Shown piece after piece: positions 45,023-56,360 of a DNA stretch of 64,000 nucleotides. Numbering within the stretch: the stretch's first letter is position 1; every line of letters begins with the position of its first letter. Origin of the DNA: a candidate division FCPU426 bacterium (lineage in GTDB: Bacteria; Oederibacteriota; PGYV01; Palsa-1178); assembly GCA_963840035.1 (NCBI GenBank), contig CAWIXE010000002.1, positions 1,248,001 to 1,312,000 on the forward strand, given 5' to 3'. Made by a program: the position numbers and the translations under genes. A model generated the notes under the pieces. That model searched no databases. It was given only the letters and a program-made list of their open reading frames with translations, and was not told the DNA's origin.

Positions 45023-47672
45023 CTTTTTTCCCCTTTTTTTCAGCCGGACCAACCACGACCTGCGTGTAGTTTTTCAGCTTAAAATATTTTTTTATAACTT
45101 CATTTACATCCGCTTTTTTTACCTTGTCTATCTCTTCGAGGAACGAATCCACTTCCTTATAACCCCTGCCCCATATTTCATATGAGAGGTAGGAATCCGC
45201 CTGCGCCATATAGTCCTGCAGCCCGACTTTATACATGCCTTTAATATAGCTCTTTGACGATTTGATCTCGGCGTCAGTAACCCCTTTATCATAGAGGTCC
45301 TGCAGCACGTTGAAAATCTCGGTTACTGCCTTTTCCTCGTTTTCCGGGGCTGTGGCGGTATATATCCTGAAAGCGCCGTTCTCCACATTCCTGTCAAATG
45401 TCGAAAACACCGTATAACACAGGTTTCTTTTTTCCCTTATTTCCGAAAAAAGCCGCGAGTCCATGCCTCCGCTTAGAATATTATCAAGCACCCTGAACGC
45501 GAAGTAATCATTGGACGAGGATTTCGGTCCCATGAACCCTATCATGATATGCGACTGGTTTTTATCAATGACCTGCCTTAACACTTTTTTCTCGCTCGTA
45601 ATCTTTAAGGGGAGTTTCGGCTTCAGTTCCCTTCCGGCCTTCCACCCCTTAAACGCAGCGTTAAGGATGTCCTTCATCACTTCCGCGTCCACATTGCCCA
45701 CGGTTGAAACATAAAAGTTATTCGGCGTCATGTATGTGTCGTGCCATTCCTTGAGTTTTTTTACGGATGTGCGCTTTACGGTATCAAGCTCGCCGAGCAC
45801 CGGAAATCCGTAGGGGTGCCATTCGAAAAAGAGCTCATTAAACAGTTTTGTCAGGTACCCCGGCGGGTTATCTTTTATCTGTTTTATCTGATTATATATC
45901 TCTTCCTTTTCCTTATATACCTCGTCCGGGTCGAACTGGGGGTGAAGGATAATGTCCGACGCAAGCCCCATGAACTGTTCAAGGTTCGTATTTACCACTT
46001 CCGCCGACCAGCCGTAAATATCCCTTTTTATGTCCTTGCTTAATACCGCGCCTAGGTCGTCAAGCTCATTGGCAATCTGCCTTGCGGTCCTTTTCGCGGT
46101 GCCCTTCTGCATGGAGCGCAGCATAAGGTTTGTTATGCCCTTATACATGCCGTCATCCGCCCCCTCATATACGACTCCGCCCCTGAACATCAGTTTCATG
46201 TCGACTATGGGGGTGTTTTCCAGTTTTTTATGTATTAAGGTTATCCCGTTATCCAGCACCAGCTTTACCGCCTGTCCGGCAGCAGCCTGTTTCTTTTCAA
46301 CCGGCGCGGGCACCAGCTTCTTAATATCCTCAATGGTCTTTAATTTCTTAAATTCCGCTTCCTTATTCTCAGGATAATAAATGACTATGTTTGACGCCTG
46401 GGTGTTGAGATATTTATTCATTACGTCCTTTATATCCGATTCAATGACCCTTTTTACGCTGTCATTATAGGTATAATACAGGTTGTAGTCCCCGAGGACC
46501 TCATAGTAACCGAGGTTCATGGCGGCATTTTCCACCTGCATTTCCTCCTTGGCTTCTTCCCTGAGAATGTCGGATTTAACGCGCTGCAGGCGCTCTCCTG
46601 ATATTCCGCTTTTCTTCAGCAGCTCTATCTCCGCGAAGATTTCCTGTATCGCGGAAGCGGCCTTGCCTTCCCTGATGTCCGCCGATATCATAAGCATGCC
46701 GCCGAATTTTCCGGAAAATATATCGGTACTAATCTCGTCCACAAGCTGTTTTTCTTCCTTAACAGACTGGTAAAGCACCGAGCTGTCGGAGCCGCCGAGT
46801 ATCCTCGCCAGGATCTCAAGCTTGGGTGCGTCTTCGCTTAAAGCGTCCGGTATCCTGAACCCTATGGCCAGATACCTTCCTTCAATGGGTCCGCTGTATG
46901 ATTTGAAACTGATGCCCTGTTTTACCGGCGCCTGCTGGGGCTTTTCTTCCGCCGCCTTATCGCCATTTTTAATTTTGCCGAATGTCGCCTTTATGCTTTC
47001 AAGGACTTTATCCTTTGACACATCCCCGCTTACCACGACCACAATATTGTCAGGCCTGTAATATTTTGAATAAAATCCGGCAATATTGTCCCTCTTGTAT
47101 TCCTTCAGGTTCCCGGCAAAACCAATGATGGGGTCTTTATAGTATTTATCGAAGGCAAGGTTCATGAACTTCTGCCACAGGAATGTCTCGGGATTATCAA
47201 GCCCCCTGTAGAGTTCCGCTAAAATAACCTCGCGTTCCTTGTCCACTTCGGCCGCGTCAAATGACGACGCGGTCAGCGCGTCATATTCTATCTCCAGGGC
47301 CTTATCAACCTGGTCTGAAGGAAGGACTATTACGTAATTCGTGGCGTCATAAGATGTAAAGGCGTTATTATACCCGCCAAGCTCCTTAATCTCCTTATCT
47401 ATCTGCCCGACGGGCCTTTTCTCCGTGCCCTTGAACATCATATGCTCAAGAAAGTGAGAAAGCCCTTTTTCGCTGTCGGATTCAAAAGCAGCCCCGGTCT
47501 TTACCCAGAAATTACACGCGGCCACAGGGGCCGTATGATTCTCCTTGATCAGGACAGTTATGCCGTTTTCCAGCCGTTCTTTATACACTTCGTCCTGTGC
47601 CATGATATATGCCCCCGGTGTGATTAAATTTAAAATTAGCGCCGCTGCAAGTAGCAACTTCCTGCTTTTCAT
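44997..47672 (-). CDS. Exported M16 (pitrilysin-family) zinc peptidase, two-lobed
   Basis: Signal peptide, HFLEHMMFKGT, NAFTS, second lobe SRLFSEIREKR. Confidence 0.93.
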   Translation of the reverse strand: MKSRKLLLAAALILNLITPGAYIMAQDEVYKERLENGITVLIKENHTAPVAACNFWVKTGAAFESDSEKGLSHFLEHMMFKGTEKRPVGQIDKEIKELGGYNNAFTSYDATNYVIVLPSDQVDKALEIEYDALTASSFDAAEVDKEREVILAELYRGLDNPETFLWQKFMNLAFDKYYKDPIIGFAGNLKEYKRDNIAGFYSKYYRPDNIVVVVSGDVSKDKVLESIKATFGKIKNGDKAAEEKPQQAPVKQGISFKSYSGPIEGRYLAIGFRIPDALSEDAPKLEILARILGGSDSSVLYQSVKEEKQLVDEISTDIFSGKFGGMLMISADIREGKAASAIQEIFAEIELLKKSGISGERLQRVKSDILREEAKEEMQVENAAMNLGYYEVLGDYNLYYTYNDSVKRVIESDIKDVMNKYLNTQASNIVIYYPENKEAEFKKLKTIEDIKKLVPAPVEKKQAAAGQAVKLVLDNGITLIHKKLENTPIVDMKLMFRGGVVYEGADDGMYKGITNLMLRSMQKGTAKRTARQIANELDDLGAVLSKDIKRDIYGWSAEVVNTNLEQFMGLASDIILHPQFDPDEVYKEKEEIYNQIKQIKDNPPGYLTKLFNELFFEWHPYGFPVLGELDTVKRTSVKKLKEWHDTYMTPNNFYVSTVGNVDAEVMKDILNAAFKGWKAGRELKPKLPLKITSEKKVLRQVIDKNQSHIMIGFMGPKSSSNDYFAFRVLDNILSGGMDSRLFSEIREKRNLCYTVFSTFDRNVENGAFRIYTATAPENEEKAVTEIFNVLQDLYDKGVTDAEIKSSKSYIKGMYKVGLQDYMAQADSYLSYEIWGRGYKEVDSFLEEIDKVKKADVNEVIKKYFKLKNYTQVVVGPAEKKGKKDDKSKKPE

Positions 47673-47703
47673 CTTAACCTTCTTATAAAGTATGATTTTA
47701 AAC

Positions 47704-48684
47704 TCAGACAACTTCCGTAATCAAAAAATCCGTCCGTTCTTTAGCCTTGATTAAAAACCCGGTCAGGTCATATGGCAAAAGCGTGGTAAACCCGGTTTTT
47801 AACCTGTACGTGCCGCCGTCCATGGACTGTATTTCCAGCTCGCCTTCTATTATATTAATTACAGCTGATTTTTTTTCATTATACCAGTATTTAAACCCTT
47901 TTTCCACTTTAAGCTCATTAACTTTAAAATAGCCGCATTCAACAAGAGGGCGCCGCTGCATGCCTGTTTCAATAACCGCAAAATGCGTTTCAACCCTGCC
48001 GCTTCCCGGGGTGTTTTTAAGGGAATTAAGCGCGTCATGTATATTCAGCTGCCTGTCATCCTTTAAATTCTGCCTGCCCCAGTCATAAAGCCTGTATGTG
48101 ATGTCGGAATTCTGCTGTATTTCAAGTATCAGGTTGCCTTTGCCGATGGTATGTATGGTGCCTGCCGGTATGAAAAAGCAATCCCCTTTTTTTGTCCTGT
48201 ATTTTTTTAGTTTCTTATCAAGGCCGCCTTTTTTTGCGCGTTTTTCAAGCTCCTTTACATTTATCTTTTCCTTTAAGCCAAGCAGCAGCGAAGAACGGAA
48301 CTTGTTGCGGAGCACATACCACATCTCTGTCTTTCCCGCTTCAAAACCGCGGCCCCTGGCATAAGCATCGTCAGGATGGACCTGCACGGAAAGACGGTCA
48401 TTCGTATCAAGGAACTTAAAAAGCAAAGGAAATTTAGGCCCGTATTTTTTCAGGATTTTCCTGCCCAGCATCTGCTCCGGAAAATCATTAATCACGCTGC
48501 GAAGGTTCCTGCCTTTATACGCCCCGTTTGAAATAACGGAATTATTGCGGGTCTGGTCGGCCAGCGTCCATGCCTCGCCGGTTATGTCGCTTTTAATGTC
48601 CATATAATCCTTTAAATTCTTCCCGCCCCATACCTTTTCCTTGAGTATAGGCGTGAAAAACATCGGGTATGCTTTGAATTTCAC
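47704..48684 (-). CDS. manA: Mannose-6-phosphate isomerase, type I
   Basis: VWGG, FPLLFKFLD, LSVQVHPDD, GKTEMWY, EIQQNSDITYR. Confidence 0.9.
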   Translation of the reverse strand: MKFKAYPMFFTPILKEKVWGGKNLKDYMDIKSDITGEAWTLADQTRNNSVISNGAYKGRNLRSVINDFPEQMLGRKILKKYGPKFPLLFKFLDTNDRLSVQVHPDDAYARGRGFEAGKTEMWYVLRNKFRSSLLLGLKEKINVKELEKRAKKGGLDKKLKKYRTKKGDCFFIPAGTIHTIGKGNLILEIQQNSDITYRLYDWGRQNLKDDRQLNIHDALNSLKNTPGSGRVETHFAVIETGMQRRPLVECGYFKVNELKVEKGFKYWYNEKKSAVINIIEGELEIQSMDGGTYRLKTGFTTLLPYDLTGFLIKAKERTDFLITEVV

Positions 48685-48706
48685 TCGTTCCTCCGCGTTT
48701 TTATCT

Positions 48707-48740
48707 TAAATTGAAAATTCAAAATTGTAAATTGAAAATC
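48707..48740. repeat. Single heptamer arm (NAAAATT)n at a stop codon
   Basis: TAAATT/GAAAATT/CAAAATT/GTAAATT/GAAAAT; similar to 24118..24146. Confidence 0.65.
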
Positions 48741-50766
48741 AATATTTAGTCTTTATATAGCTTCCCGGAAAATAATGGTAAAGTATTGATTCATATCCCT
48801 GATTGGCCTCAGCCATGCCTTTTATGCCCCTCTGGCACATACCGACGCCATGGCCCCAGCCCGCGCCATATATGTATATTTCCTTTATATATCCTTCGCT
48901 GTCTTTCTTATATTCCCATTTTATCACATTGGACCTGATTTTACCCAGCACATTTCTCATGGAATCAAACCCGTAAGTTTTAGACCCTTTGTCGCCTTCC
49001 ACATATACCTTTGTAAGCGCGCCGCCCTGCGCCCTCCTGACAGGTTTTATTTCCTTTATCCTGCCAAGCTTCGAGCCCCTGTTAAAGTAATATTCCAGCG
49101 AATCCGCGTCCAAGTACCTTATCCACCTGAAACTGGTTTCTATGCTGCCCTCGGCTTTGCAATAAACGTCAGGTTTGGTCCTTACGTATTCTTCCAGAAA
49201 AAACGGCGACAGCGGGAAATCCCATGTCTGCTTCTTGCCGTCAAAAGTGCCGCCAAGCGAAGCCACACGTTTTAATCCCCAGACCTCGTTTACATCCTGC
49301 GTATGCCCGCCGCAACAGTGGGAAAAAAACGTATCAAGCATCTTATAATTGGAACCATAAAGCACCTGGCCCCTCGTTTCATCCACAGCCTGATTTGTTG
49401 TCTTATACTCCCCGGTTACCCCGGTATATACGGCGCAATGCTGCTGCGCGCACACGTCAAAACCGCTGCCCGAGTGCTTTTTTAAGTGCTTAAAAGTATA
49501 AGTCCTGGCCGCGACCGCCTGCGATTTTAAAGCCTCTGTATGCCATGTCGGCGGTATTTCCGAGGGCACAACCCCGTAAAGGTATTCCTCCATGTTCAAG
49601 ATATTTATCAGCGCCAGCGCCTTATCCCTGAACTTTATCTGGAAATCGCCGCGGTAGGTAGTATCCTTTTTTTCCGACCAGTAAAACCCTTCCGCGTACT
49701 GTACATTATAAATGGTGGTCGACGACTCGGGGTTGTCCCTGACTATGAACATGTCGTCCGAGAAATATATCTTTTCCGTGCCGTCGGAAAAGAGCGGTTT
49801 TTTCTTTGCCTTGTCATACTCAAAGAAGTATTCTTTCAGCTTTTCCCCCCTGAAAAGGGTCTCATAACGGTCATTAACCAGCTCAAAATTCGATCCGCAC
49901 TTGAAGCTGATGGATGAGACTTCTTCCATGAGGCCGACCTTTATGTCTGTTATATCTCCGCTGTTCTTTACGCTGAGCTTATCAGGCGGCGTGTGTTTGT
50001 CCCTTGTCTGTTTTTTAAGTTCCTTATACTCCATGGCCTTCTGCTTGAGTATCGGCAGGTTTGCCATGAACGAAGCAATTTTTTGGGTAACTTCGGTATC
50101 CTTAGTGTCTATATCCCCGGTCTTTTTCCAATAGGCGTAGGAATTAAGCTGCTCGCCCTTTTTTTCGTACAATTCGGCTATGCGCCTGTTTATTTCGGTA
50201 TAGGTCTTGTCGTATTTTATGGCCAGCTTATAATTCGTTATGGCGTTGTCATAATCGGATTTTTTTACGTATAACTCGGCTATTTTCATGTATGTTATGT
50301 TCTTCAGCTTATCAAGCTCAATTGCCTTATTGAATTTTTCCAGCGCCCCGTCGTACTCGCCTTTTTCAAGAAGGACGCATCCCCACCAGAAATACACTTC
50401 CCAGTTGAGAACGTTCTTAAACGCCAGCTCTTTTATCTCTTCTTCGGCGCGGTCGTATGAATTCAGGAAATAATATGCCTTGGCTATTTCAAAATGCGCC
50501 CTGAATTCATTCGGGTACGCTGTTAAAATTTCATGATAGGCATTGTAAGCTTCCTCGTTATTGCCAAACTCCTTCTGCACCGATGCGAGGTCAAAAAGGC
50601 CGATTTTTCCGGCTCTTCCGGCCAGGGCTTCCTCATTATACGCCTTAAGGGCACGCTCGGGGTTTTCAGAATAGTAATCGTCCTTAGGGTTTCCGCAAAA
50701 AACCGCTGAATTGGACATGATTATAAGACAGGATGTTAAAACCGCTATTTTACAGGCGGGGGTCAT
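48739..50766 (-). CDS. TPR-repeat SpoIID/LytB-domain protein
   Basis: TPRs, then [41 protein letters not shown]. Confidence 0.9.
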   Translation of the reverse strand: MTPACKIAVLTSCLIIMSNSAVFCGNPKDDYYSENPERALKAYNEEALAGRAGKIGLFDLASVQKEFGNNEEAYNAYHEILTAYPNEFRAHFEIAKAYYFLNSYDRAEEEIKELAFKNVLNWEVYFWWGCVLLEKGEYDGALEKFNKAIELDKLKNITYMKIAELYVKKSDYDNAITNYKLAIKYDKTYTEINRRIAELYEKKGEQLNSYAYWKKTGDIDTKDTEVTQKIASFMANLPILKQKAMEYKELKKQTRDKHTPPDKLSVKNSGDITDIKVGLMEEVSSISFKCGSNFELVNDRYETLFRGEKLKEYFFEYDKAKKKPLFSDGTEKIYFSDDMFIVRDNPESSTTIYNVQYAEGFYWSEKKDTTYRGDFQIKFRDKALALINILNMEEYLYGVVPSEIPPTWHTEALKSQAVAARTYTFKHLKKHSGSGFDVCAQQHCAVYTGVTGEYKTTNQAVDETRGQVLYGSNYKMLDTFFSHCCGGHTQDVNEVWGLKRVASLGGTFDGKKQTWDFPLSPFFLEEYVRTKPDVYCKAEGSIETSFRWIRYLDADSLEYYFNRGSKLGRIKEIKPVRRAQGGALTKVYVEGDKGSKTYGFDSMRNVLGKIRSNVIKWEYKKDSEGYIKEIYIYGAGWGHGVGMCQRGIKGMAEANQGYESILYHYFPGSYIKTKY

Positions 50767-51509
50767 AACGTAAACTGTTCACCCAGGTATATTTCGCGGG
50801 CTTTTTTATCTTTTGCCAGCTTTTTAGCGGGGCCTGAGAGCAGTATTTTTCCTTCATATAGTATGTAAGCCCTGTCAGTAATGGAGAGTGTCTCCCTGAC
50901 GTTATGGTCTGTTATCAGTATTCCTATGCCTTTTTTCTTTAATTCCCTTATTATATTCTGAATGTCATTGACGGCTATGGGGTCTATGCCGACAAAAGGC
51001 TCGTCTAATAGTATGAACTTAGGAGAAAGCACCAGTGAACGCGCTATCTCTGTCCTGCGCCGCTCGCCGCCCGAAAGCGTAAAAGCCTTTTGCTTCCTTA
51101 AGTGCGCTATCTTGAACTCTTCAAGCAGGTGTTCCAGTTTCTTTTCTTTCTCATGCTCTGAAATATCCAGAAATTCAAGTACCGCCTTGATATTTTCCTC
51201 CACGGTTAAGCGCCTGAATATGGAAGGTTCCTGTGCAAGGTATGATATGCCAAGCCTGGCCCTTTTAAACATGGCCATATTTGTTATGTCTATTTTCGAA
51301 TCCTGCTTTTTATTGCCTTCCTGCAGGTATATGTTTCCCATGTCAGGCTGTATTATGCCCAATATCATATAAAAAGTGGTGGTTTTGCCGGCGCCATTTG
51401 GCCCCAGCAGGCCGACTATTTCGCCTTCCTTTACCTCTATGTTCACGTCATTTACAACGCGCTTGCCTGCGTATATCTTAACGAGGTGTTGCGTTCTTAT
51501 CTCTCTCAA
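50763..51509 (-). CDS. lptB: LPS export ABC ATPase
   Basis: [41 protein letters not shown]. Confidence 0.95.
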   Translation of the reverse strand: MREIRTQHLVKIYAGKRVVNDVNIEVKEGEIVGLLGPNGAGKTTTFYMILGIIQPDMGNIYLQEGNKKQDSKIDITNMAMFKRARLGISYLAQEPSIFRRLTVEENIKAVLEFLDISEHEKEKKLEHLLEEFKIAHLRKQKAFTLSGGERRRTEIARSLVLSPKFILLDEPFVGIDPIAVNDIQNIIRELKKKGIGILITDHNVRETLSITDRAYILYEGKILLSGPAKKLAKDKKAREIYLGEQFTL

Positions 51510-52446
51510 TTACTGCCTCCCCTGATTCCTTTTCAAAATCGCGGTAAAAAAGCTTTGTCCATATTGATTTATTCATTTTAATCGTCTTTTTATCCACGTC
51601 AAGTTTAATATTATCCGAAAAAAACAGACTTTTACCTTTTTTAATGAAAGGTGCGCCTGATATCTCAAGCTGCCTCGTTTCATTATTATACTTTACTTCG
51701 TCCCCAAACGCCATAATATCCTGCATGGTAACGCGCACCCTGGACGGGTCCTTTTTGGCAAGCATGGTATCGTCATCGGCGTTAAAAATGAAGATATCCG
51801 ACCTCATGGTTATGGTATTGCCGTTATCGAGCGCCTTTTTTGCCACCACATTTTTCCTGGCAATTATGTTGCTTAGCTTGCCGCCATAGTCAAGCGTCTC
51901 GCATGTTATATATATACCATAATCCTTATAATATGCCGTTACATTGCCTTCCGCCACCGCATTATCCTTATAATTTTTTGACCTTAACCTGTCAGACCTT
52001 ATCAGGACATTATCAGCCGAAGCTTCCACACTGCCTGTAAAGACAGCTTCCGACGTTTCCTTATTAAACGTCATTGAGTCTGAATTAATTACAAGTTCCT
52101 TTACCTTAAATTTCCGCTTCGGTTTCTTTACCGACGGCGTTACGGACAGCGCCGGAACAATCTCCACAGCAGCTGTTTTTGTCACTGCAGCCGGCTGCTG
52201 CTGTTTTGCCTGCGCCGATACCGCAGCTGGAGCCGCTGCCGCGCCGGCAGCCGGTGTGGCTGCCTTTAACTGCGTTGCCGCGGGAATAACTGCCGGCACC
52301 GTGGCCTCAGGGGTAACCTGCGCGTTTTCATCGGCCATTTTTGCCGTTTTGGAAAAATATAACTGTTCATACTTTGAAGCGTCAATGTGAACACAGCCCG
52401 CGGATATCGCGCAAACAAGCACCGCCGGCATGATAGCCTTATTCAA
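51478..52446 (-). CDS. LptA/OstA-like protein with lipobox and Ala/Pro-rich linker
   Basis: Between lptC and lptB; INSDSM, FTGSV, AEGNV beta-jellyroll pattern. Confidence 0.7.
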   Translation of the reverse strand: MNKAIMPAVLVCAISAGCVHIDASKYEQLYFSKTAKMADENAQVTPEATVPAVIPAATQLKAATPAAGAAAAPAAVSAQAKQQQPAAVTKTAAVEIVPALSVTPSVKKPKRKFKVKELVINSDSMTFNKETSEAVFTGSVEASADNVLIRSDRLRSKNYKDNAVAEGNVTAYYKDYGIYITCETLDYGGKLSNIIARKNVVAKKALDNGNTITMRSDIFIFNADDDTMLAKKDPSRVRVTMQDIMAFGDEVKYNNETRQLEISGAPFIKKGKSLFFSDNIKLDVDKKTIKMNKSIWTKLFYRDFEKESGEAVIERDKNATPR

Positions 52447-53005
52447 TCCGGGCCTCTTCCAGGTCCTTCGCGGTAAGCCTTACTTTTTTCTTTATTACCA
52501 TGTTCTTCATTTCAGCGTCGGATTCAAAGCCTATGCCTTTCAATACATTTCCGTCCTTAATTATTATGACTTCCGCTTCAGTGTACATCTTGCGTTCTTT
52601 GTCATCCCAGAAAAGACGCTGCGTCTTTAATATCATCCCGTTTGACGCCTTAAACCTCACGTTCTCATTTACTTCCATGAAGTTGGTATCTGTCTTTATT
52701 TCAGCCCTTTTGCCCGTTAAAACAGATTCTTTGCCGTTCTTTTCAAAGGTTGTCATGGTAAAATCCTGTACAAATATCTTCTTTTTTATTTCAAAAACCT
52801 GCGCGCCTATGCCCCGTATTTCCCAGTCCTTTGCGCCTTCCCTTGTGGAAGTGTATTTAAAACCTTCCATGACAAAGTTTGGTATATCCTCTATTTTCTC
52901 GCCCACGGGAAGCCGGGGCTTTATCTTTTTCGCGTCCCCGCAGCCGGATAAAAACACGGTCAACGAGACAGCTACAGCTATGATTACGGCAATACTTTTC
53001 TTCAT
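52439..53005 (-). CDS. lptC: LPS export protein LptC
   Basis: LKTQRLFWD, V.I...G.GFE pattern and operon position. Confidence 0.8.
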   Translation of the reverse strand: MKKSIAVIIAVAVSLTVFLSGCGDAKKIKPRLPVGEKIEDIPNFVMEGFKYTSTREGAKDWEIRGIGAQVFEIKKKIFVQDFTMTTFEKNGKESVLTGKRAEIKTDTNFMEVNENVRFKASNGMILKTQRLFWDDKERKMYTEAEVIIIKDGNVLKGIGFESDAEMKNMVIKKKVRLTAKDLEEARIE

Positions 53006-53024
53006 GGCGCTCCTCTTTGATTTT

Positions 53025-53113
53025 CTTAACCCTTACCCTTAACCTTATCCTCAGCCTTCAGCACTGGTTTCAGTTCCAAGAGCTAAGGATAAGGGTAAGG
53101 ATGAGGATTAAGG
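53025..53113. repeat. Inverted hexamer array (CCTTAN / NTAAGG)
   Basis: CCTTAC/CCTTAA/CCTTAT/CCTCAG ... CTAAGG/ATAAGG/GTAAGG/ATGAGG; overlaps the acyltransferase stop. Confidence 0.8.
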
Positions 53114-54007
53114 CCTCAATACCGATTTCCACCGTTCATGTATCCACACCCACTGTTCCGGGTATTTTTTTATCATTTCGCTTATTTCATTGTTATATTT
53201 TAACGCTATCTCTTCTATGGTCTCATTTTCGCCGGGTATATGCGGCTCATTTATTGTCATCTCATAGTAGCCGTCATCGCGCCTGTTTATAAATACCGTG
53301 CCTATATACGCCCCGAACTTTTTCGCCAACATTGCCGGCGCCACAGGCGTCTTGGCGTCCATGCCTAAAAACGGTATTATTTTGGACTCCACGCTTGTAT
53401 CCTGATCAACTAACACTCCAAGCATCATACCGTCCCGCAGGCCCTTTATCATTTCCCTTGATACATTATCCTTGTCATATACCTCATAACCCGCCCTTAC
53501 CCTTGTGGAATTGACTATCTTATCCAGGGTCGGGTCAAAGATCCTTTTTCCTATCACTCCGACGCGCTTCCATATAAGTTTCGTGAAAACCGGAAGTATT
53601 TCCCAGTTTGCCATATGCATGGTAACCGCGATATATGATTTTCCTTCTTTCACAGCCTTTTCGTAATGCTGGAGCCCGCGCACTTCTTTTATCAGCGACG
53701 CTATCTTTTCAGGATTCCAAATGGAAAATTTAGCAAACTCAAAAAAACCTATTCCATAATTTTCACAGTTCTTTTTGGCGAAAAGCACCTTCTGTTCCTG
53801 CGTCATTCCCGTGCTGCCGTAAACCAGGTCAAGGTTTTTAAATATCTTGGCGCGTTCTTTGGGCACCAGATAATAGGCTAAAAGCCCTATGCCGCGGCCG
53901 ATTACCCTGCCCGCCCTCCACGGAATAAAAAATATGATGAGACGCAGGAGCTGGATTATTATTACAAGAAGAAAGTTCCTGGCCGCCTTCAGCGCCTTAT
54001 TTTTCAT
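53108..54007 (-). CDS. Lipid A late acyltransferase (LpxL/HtrB family)
   Basis: HMANWE, LVDQ, PEQWVWIHERWK. Confidence 0.9.
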   Translation of the reverse strand: MKNKALKAARNFLLVIIIQLLRLIIFFIPWRAGRVIGRGIGLLAYYLVPKERAKIFKNLDLVYGSTGMTQEQKVLFAKKNCENYGIGFFEFAKFSIWNPEKIASLIKEVRGLQHYEKAVKEGKSYIAVTMHMANWEILPVFTKLIWKRVGVIGKRIFDPTLDKIVNSTRVRAGYEVYDKDNVSREMIKGLRDGMMLGVLVDQDTSVESKIIPFLGMDAKTPVAPAMLAKKFGAYIGTVFINRRDDGYYEMTINEPHIPGENETIEEIALKYNNEISEMIKKYPEQWVWIHERWKSVLRP

Positions 54008-54533
54008 GCCGCAAATACCTGGCTATCGCTTTCTGCCACAATCCCTGCGTTTTCAGGATGAGCTCTATGGTTTCCCTGACAGCGCCCCGTCCGCCTTTCG
54101 AGCGGCATATGTAATCAGCCGCTTTTTTGGCTTCCGCGACGGAGTCCCCGGGCGCGGCGGAAAAGCCGCACGCTTCCATGGGCGGGACGTCTATTATCTC
54201 GTCCCCTACAAAGCAGATCTCGTCATCAGAATAACCGTGGTCTTTTTTAAATTTCTCATACGCCTCGATCTTTACCAGCACGTGCTGGTAAACAACGTCG
54301 CACTTAAGCTCCTTCGCGCGGTGCGCGATGACTTTTGAGTATCTGCCGCTCATGATGCCGAACTTAATCCCGGCATACCTTCCCAGGGCCATGCCCGTGC
54401 CGTCCTTTACGTCAAAATTCTTATACTCGGTTCCGTCGCTTCCTATGATAATGCCGCCGTCGGTCAAAACCCCGTCAACGTCAAGCATTATGAACTTTAT
54501 CTTTTTAACCGCTGATTTAACAGCTGCGTTCAT
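53997..54533 (-). CDS. kdsC: KDO 8-phosphate phosphatase
   Basis: DVDGVLTDG, FDVKDG, GGRGAVRE. Confidence 0.93.
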   Translation of the reverse strand: MNAAVKSAVKKIKFIMLDVDGVLTDGGIIIGSDGTEYKNFDVKDGTGMALGRYAGIKFGIMSGRYSKVIAHRAKELKCDVVYQHVLVKIEAYEKFKKDHGYSDDEICFVGDEIIDVPPMEACGFSAAPGDSVAEAKKAADYICRSKGGRGAVRETIELILKTQGLWQKAIARYLRHEK

Positions 54534-55495
54534 TATACAACCCCTGACTTAAGCAGGTCATGCAGATGCAGCACGCCTTCCGGTTTGCCGTTTTTGCCCG
54601 GAACCACAAGCACTGTTATTGAATACTTCTGCATGAGCGCCAGGGCCGCGATTGCAAGCACATCCGCCGATACGGATTTGGGCTTTCTGGTCATAACGCT
54701 GGACATCTTTTGGTTGTAAGGGTTATCGTGCTTTTCAAGAAGGCGCCTTAAGTCTCCGTCCGTGAATATGCCGGTCATGACGCCCTTGCTGTTTACCACT
54801 GCCGTACAGCCCAGGCGTTTTTTTGTCATCTCAAGCAGGCCGGTCTGAAGGGTTGCGGTTTCCGGAACCTGCGGCACAGCTTCGCCCGTATGCATTACAT
54901 CGCTGACCTTCATAACGAGTTTTTTTCCAAGGGCGCCTCCGGGATGAAGCAGCGCGAAATCCTCTTTTTTAAATTTCTTAAGTTTCAAAAGCGCCACAGC
55001 CAGCGCGTCCCCGATTGCCAGCTGCACCGTGGTGGAAGCCGTCGGCGCCAGGCCCATGGGGCAGGCTTCTTCTTTAACGGATGAATCAAGGAAACAATCC
55101 GCGTTCTTAGCCAGAGTCGAATTTTTCTTTCCGGTTATGGCTATTAAGGGTATGCCGAACCTTTTTACCGCCGGCAGCACGCCTATTACCTCGTCAGTCT
55201 CGCCGCTTTGCGATATTACTATGGCCACATCGTCGCCCGATACCATTCCCAGGTCGCCGTGCGCCGCCTCTGTGGAATGCAGGAATATGGAAGGCGTGCC
55301 CGTGGAAGACATGGTCGCGGCTATCTTCTGCCCTATCAGCCCTGATTTGCCTATGCCCGATATGACAACTTTTCCTTTGCAGTTCATGATGAAATTTACG
55401 GCCGTTTCAAAATTATGGTCCACCCTGGACTTTACAAGGCCTATGGCGGACTGCTCAATGGCCAATACCCTTTTTATTTCTTTTTTCAGGTTCAT
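54533..55495 (-). CDS. kdsD: Arabinose 5-phosphate isomerase (KpsF/GutQ)
   Basis: GIGKSG, HGDLG, EACPMGLAPTAST, HPGGALG, two CBS domains. Confidence 0.95.
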   Translation of the reverse strand: MNLKKEIKRVLAIEQSAIGLVKSRVDHNFETAVNFIMNCKGKVVISGIGKSGLIGQKIAATMSSTGTPSIFLHSTEAAHGDLGMVSGDDVAIVISQSGETDEVIGVLPAVKRFGIPLIAITGKKNSTLAKNADCFLDSSVKEEACPMGLAPTASTTVQLAIGDALAVALLKLKKFKKEDFALLHPGGALGKKLVMKVSDVMHTGEAVPQVPETATLQTGLLEMTKKRLGCTAVVNSKGVMTGIFTDGDLRRLLEKHDNPYNQKMSSVMTRKPKSVSADVLAIAALALMQKYSITVLVVPGKNGKPEGVLHLHDLLKSGVV

Positions 55496-56232
55496 TTTAC
55501 CGGCTCCTCTTTCTTTTCAAGGTACCATATCCTCGCGCAGTTGGAGCACGTCATTATGTTGAGCAGTTTTTTCATTTCAATCACGGCCTGCGGCCTGACA
55601 TTGAACCGGCAGCCTCCGCAGGAGCCCGAACCGTCCGCTTCAACAATTACCGGCGCAAGGGCAAGCCCTTTGCTCTTCCTGATTTTTTCATACCTGTCAT
55701 ACCATACCTTTTCCACTTTTGACGCGGCTGCCTCGCGTTCCTTCATGTGCCCGCTGATCACTCCGTCTTTTGTTGCCAGGACAGCTTCTATGGATGCGAT
55801 CTCCGCCTTATACTTCGCCTCTTCTTCTTTCATGGCCTTTTCCTGTGTTTTTACCCACACAACAACGGCTTCCTCATCTTCCATATGCTTGATAATATCA
55901 TCTTCAAGTTTTGTAATGGATTTTTTAATTCCGTCTATCTCGTTTTGAAGCGCCTTAAAAGCCTCGTTTGTCTTTACATTGCCGGTATTGCCTTCTTTGG
56001 CTTTTATGTCCGCTTCCTTGCCCTTTATTTCCATTTCAATAAGCGCTTTTTTCTTCTTGGAATCGTCCAGTTTGGTTTTCTTTGACACAAACTCCGCGTT
56101 GATCGCGGCGATCTTGTCCTTTAAAGCCTTTATCTGGTCAACAAGGTCTTTCTTGTCATTGTCCACCGCAAGTATGGCCGAATCCACCTTCTGCAGTACG
56201 ACAAGCGTATCAAGTATTTCTGACTCTTTCAT
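55492..56232 (-). CDS. Coiled-coil protein with C4 zinc ribbon (zf-RING_7)
   Basis: LQKVD start, long coiled coil, CGGC...CSNCARI; ATG 56232 behind GGAGG. Confidence 0.88.
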   Translation of the reverse strand: MKESEILDTLVVLQKVDSAILAVDNDKKDLVDQIKALKDKIAAINAEFVSKKTKLDDSKKKKALIEMEIKGKEADIKAKEGNTGNVKTNEAFKALQNEIDGIKKSITKLEDDIIKHMEDEEAVVVWVKTQEKAMKEEEAKYKAEIASIEAVLATKDGVISGHMKEREAAASKVEKVWYDRYEKIRKSKGLALAPVIVEADGSGSCGGCRFNVRPQAVIEMKKLLNIMTCSNCARIWYLEKKEEPVK

Positions 56233-56250
56233 AAAACCTCCAGGTAAAAC

Positions 56251-56290
56251 AAATTTTATATTTTCAATTTTAAATTTTAAATTAACGGCA
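56251..56290. repeat. Single heptamer arm (NAATTTT)n
   Basis: AAATTTT/ATATTTT/CAATTTT/AAATTTT followed by AACGGCA. Confidence 0.65.
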
Positions 56291-56308
56291 AAATACATCT
56301 AAAAAAGC

Positions 56309-56345
56309 AAAAAGCCGCGCAACCTTAACGGCGCGCGGCTTTTTT
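56309..56345. terminator. Intrinsic terminator after the GT2 gene
   Basis: AAAAAGCCGCGC...GCGCGGCTTTTT. Confidence 0.8.
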
Positions 56346-56360
56346 AGCCATGATTTATGC

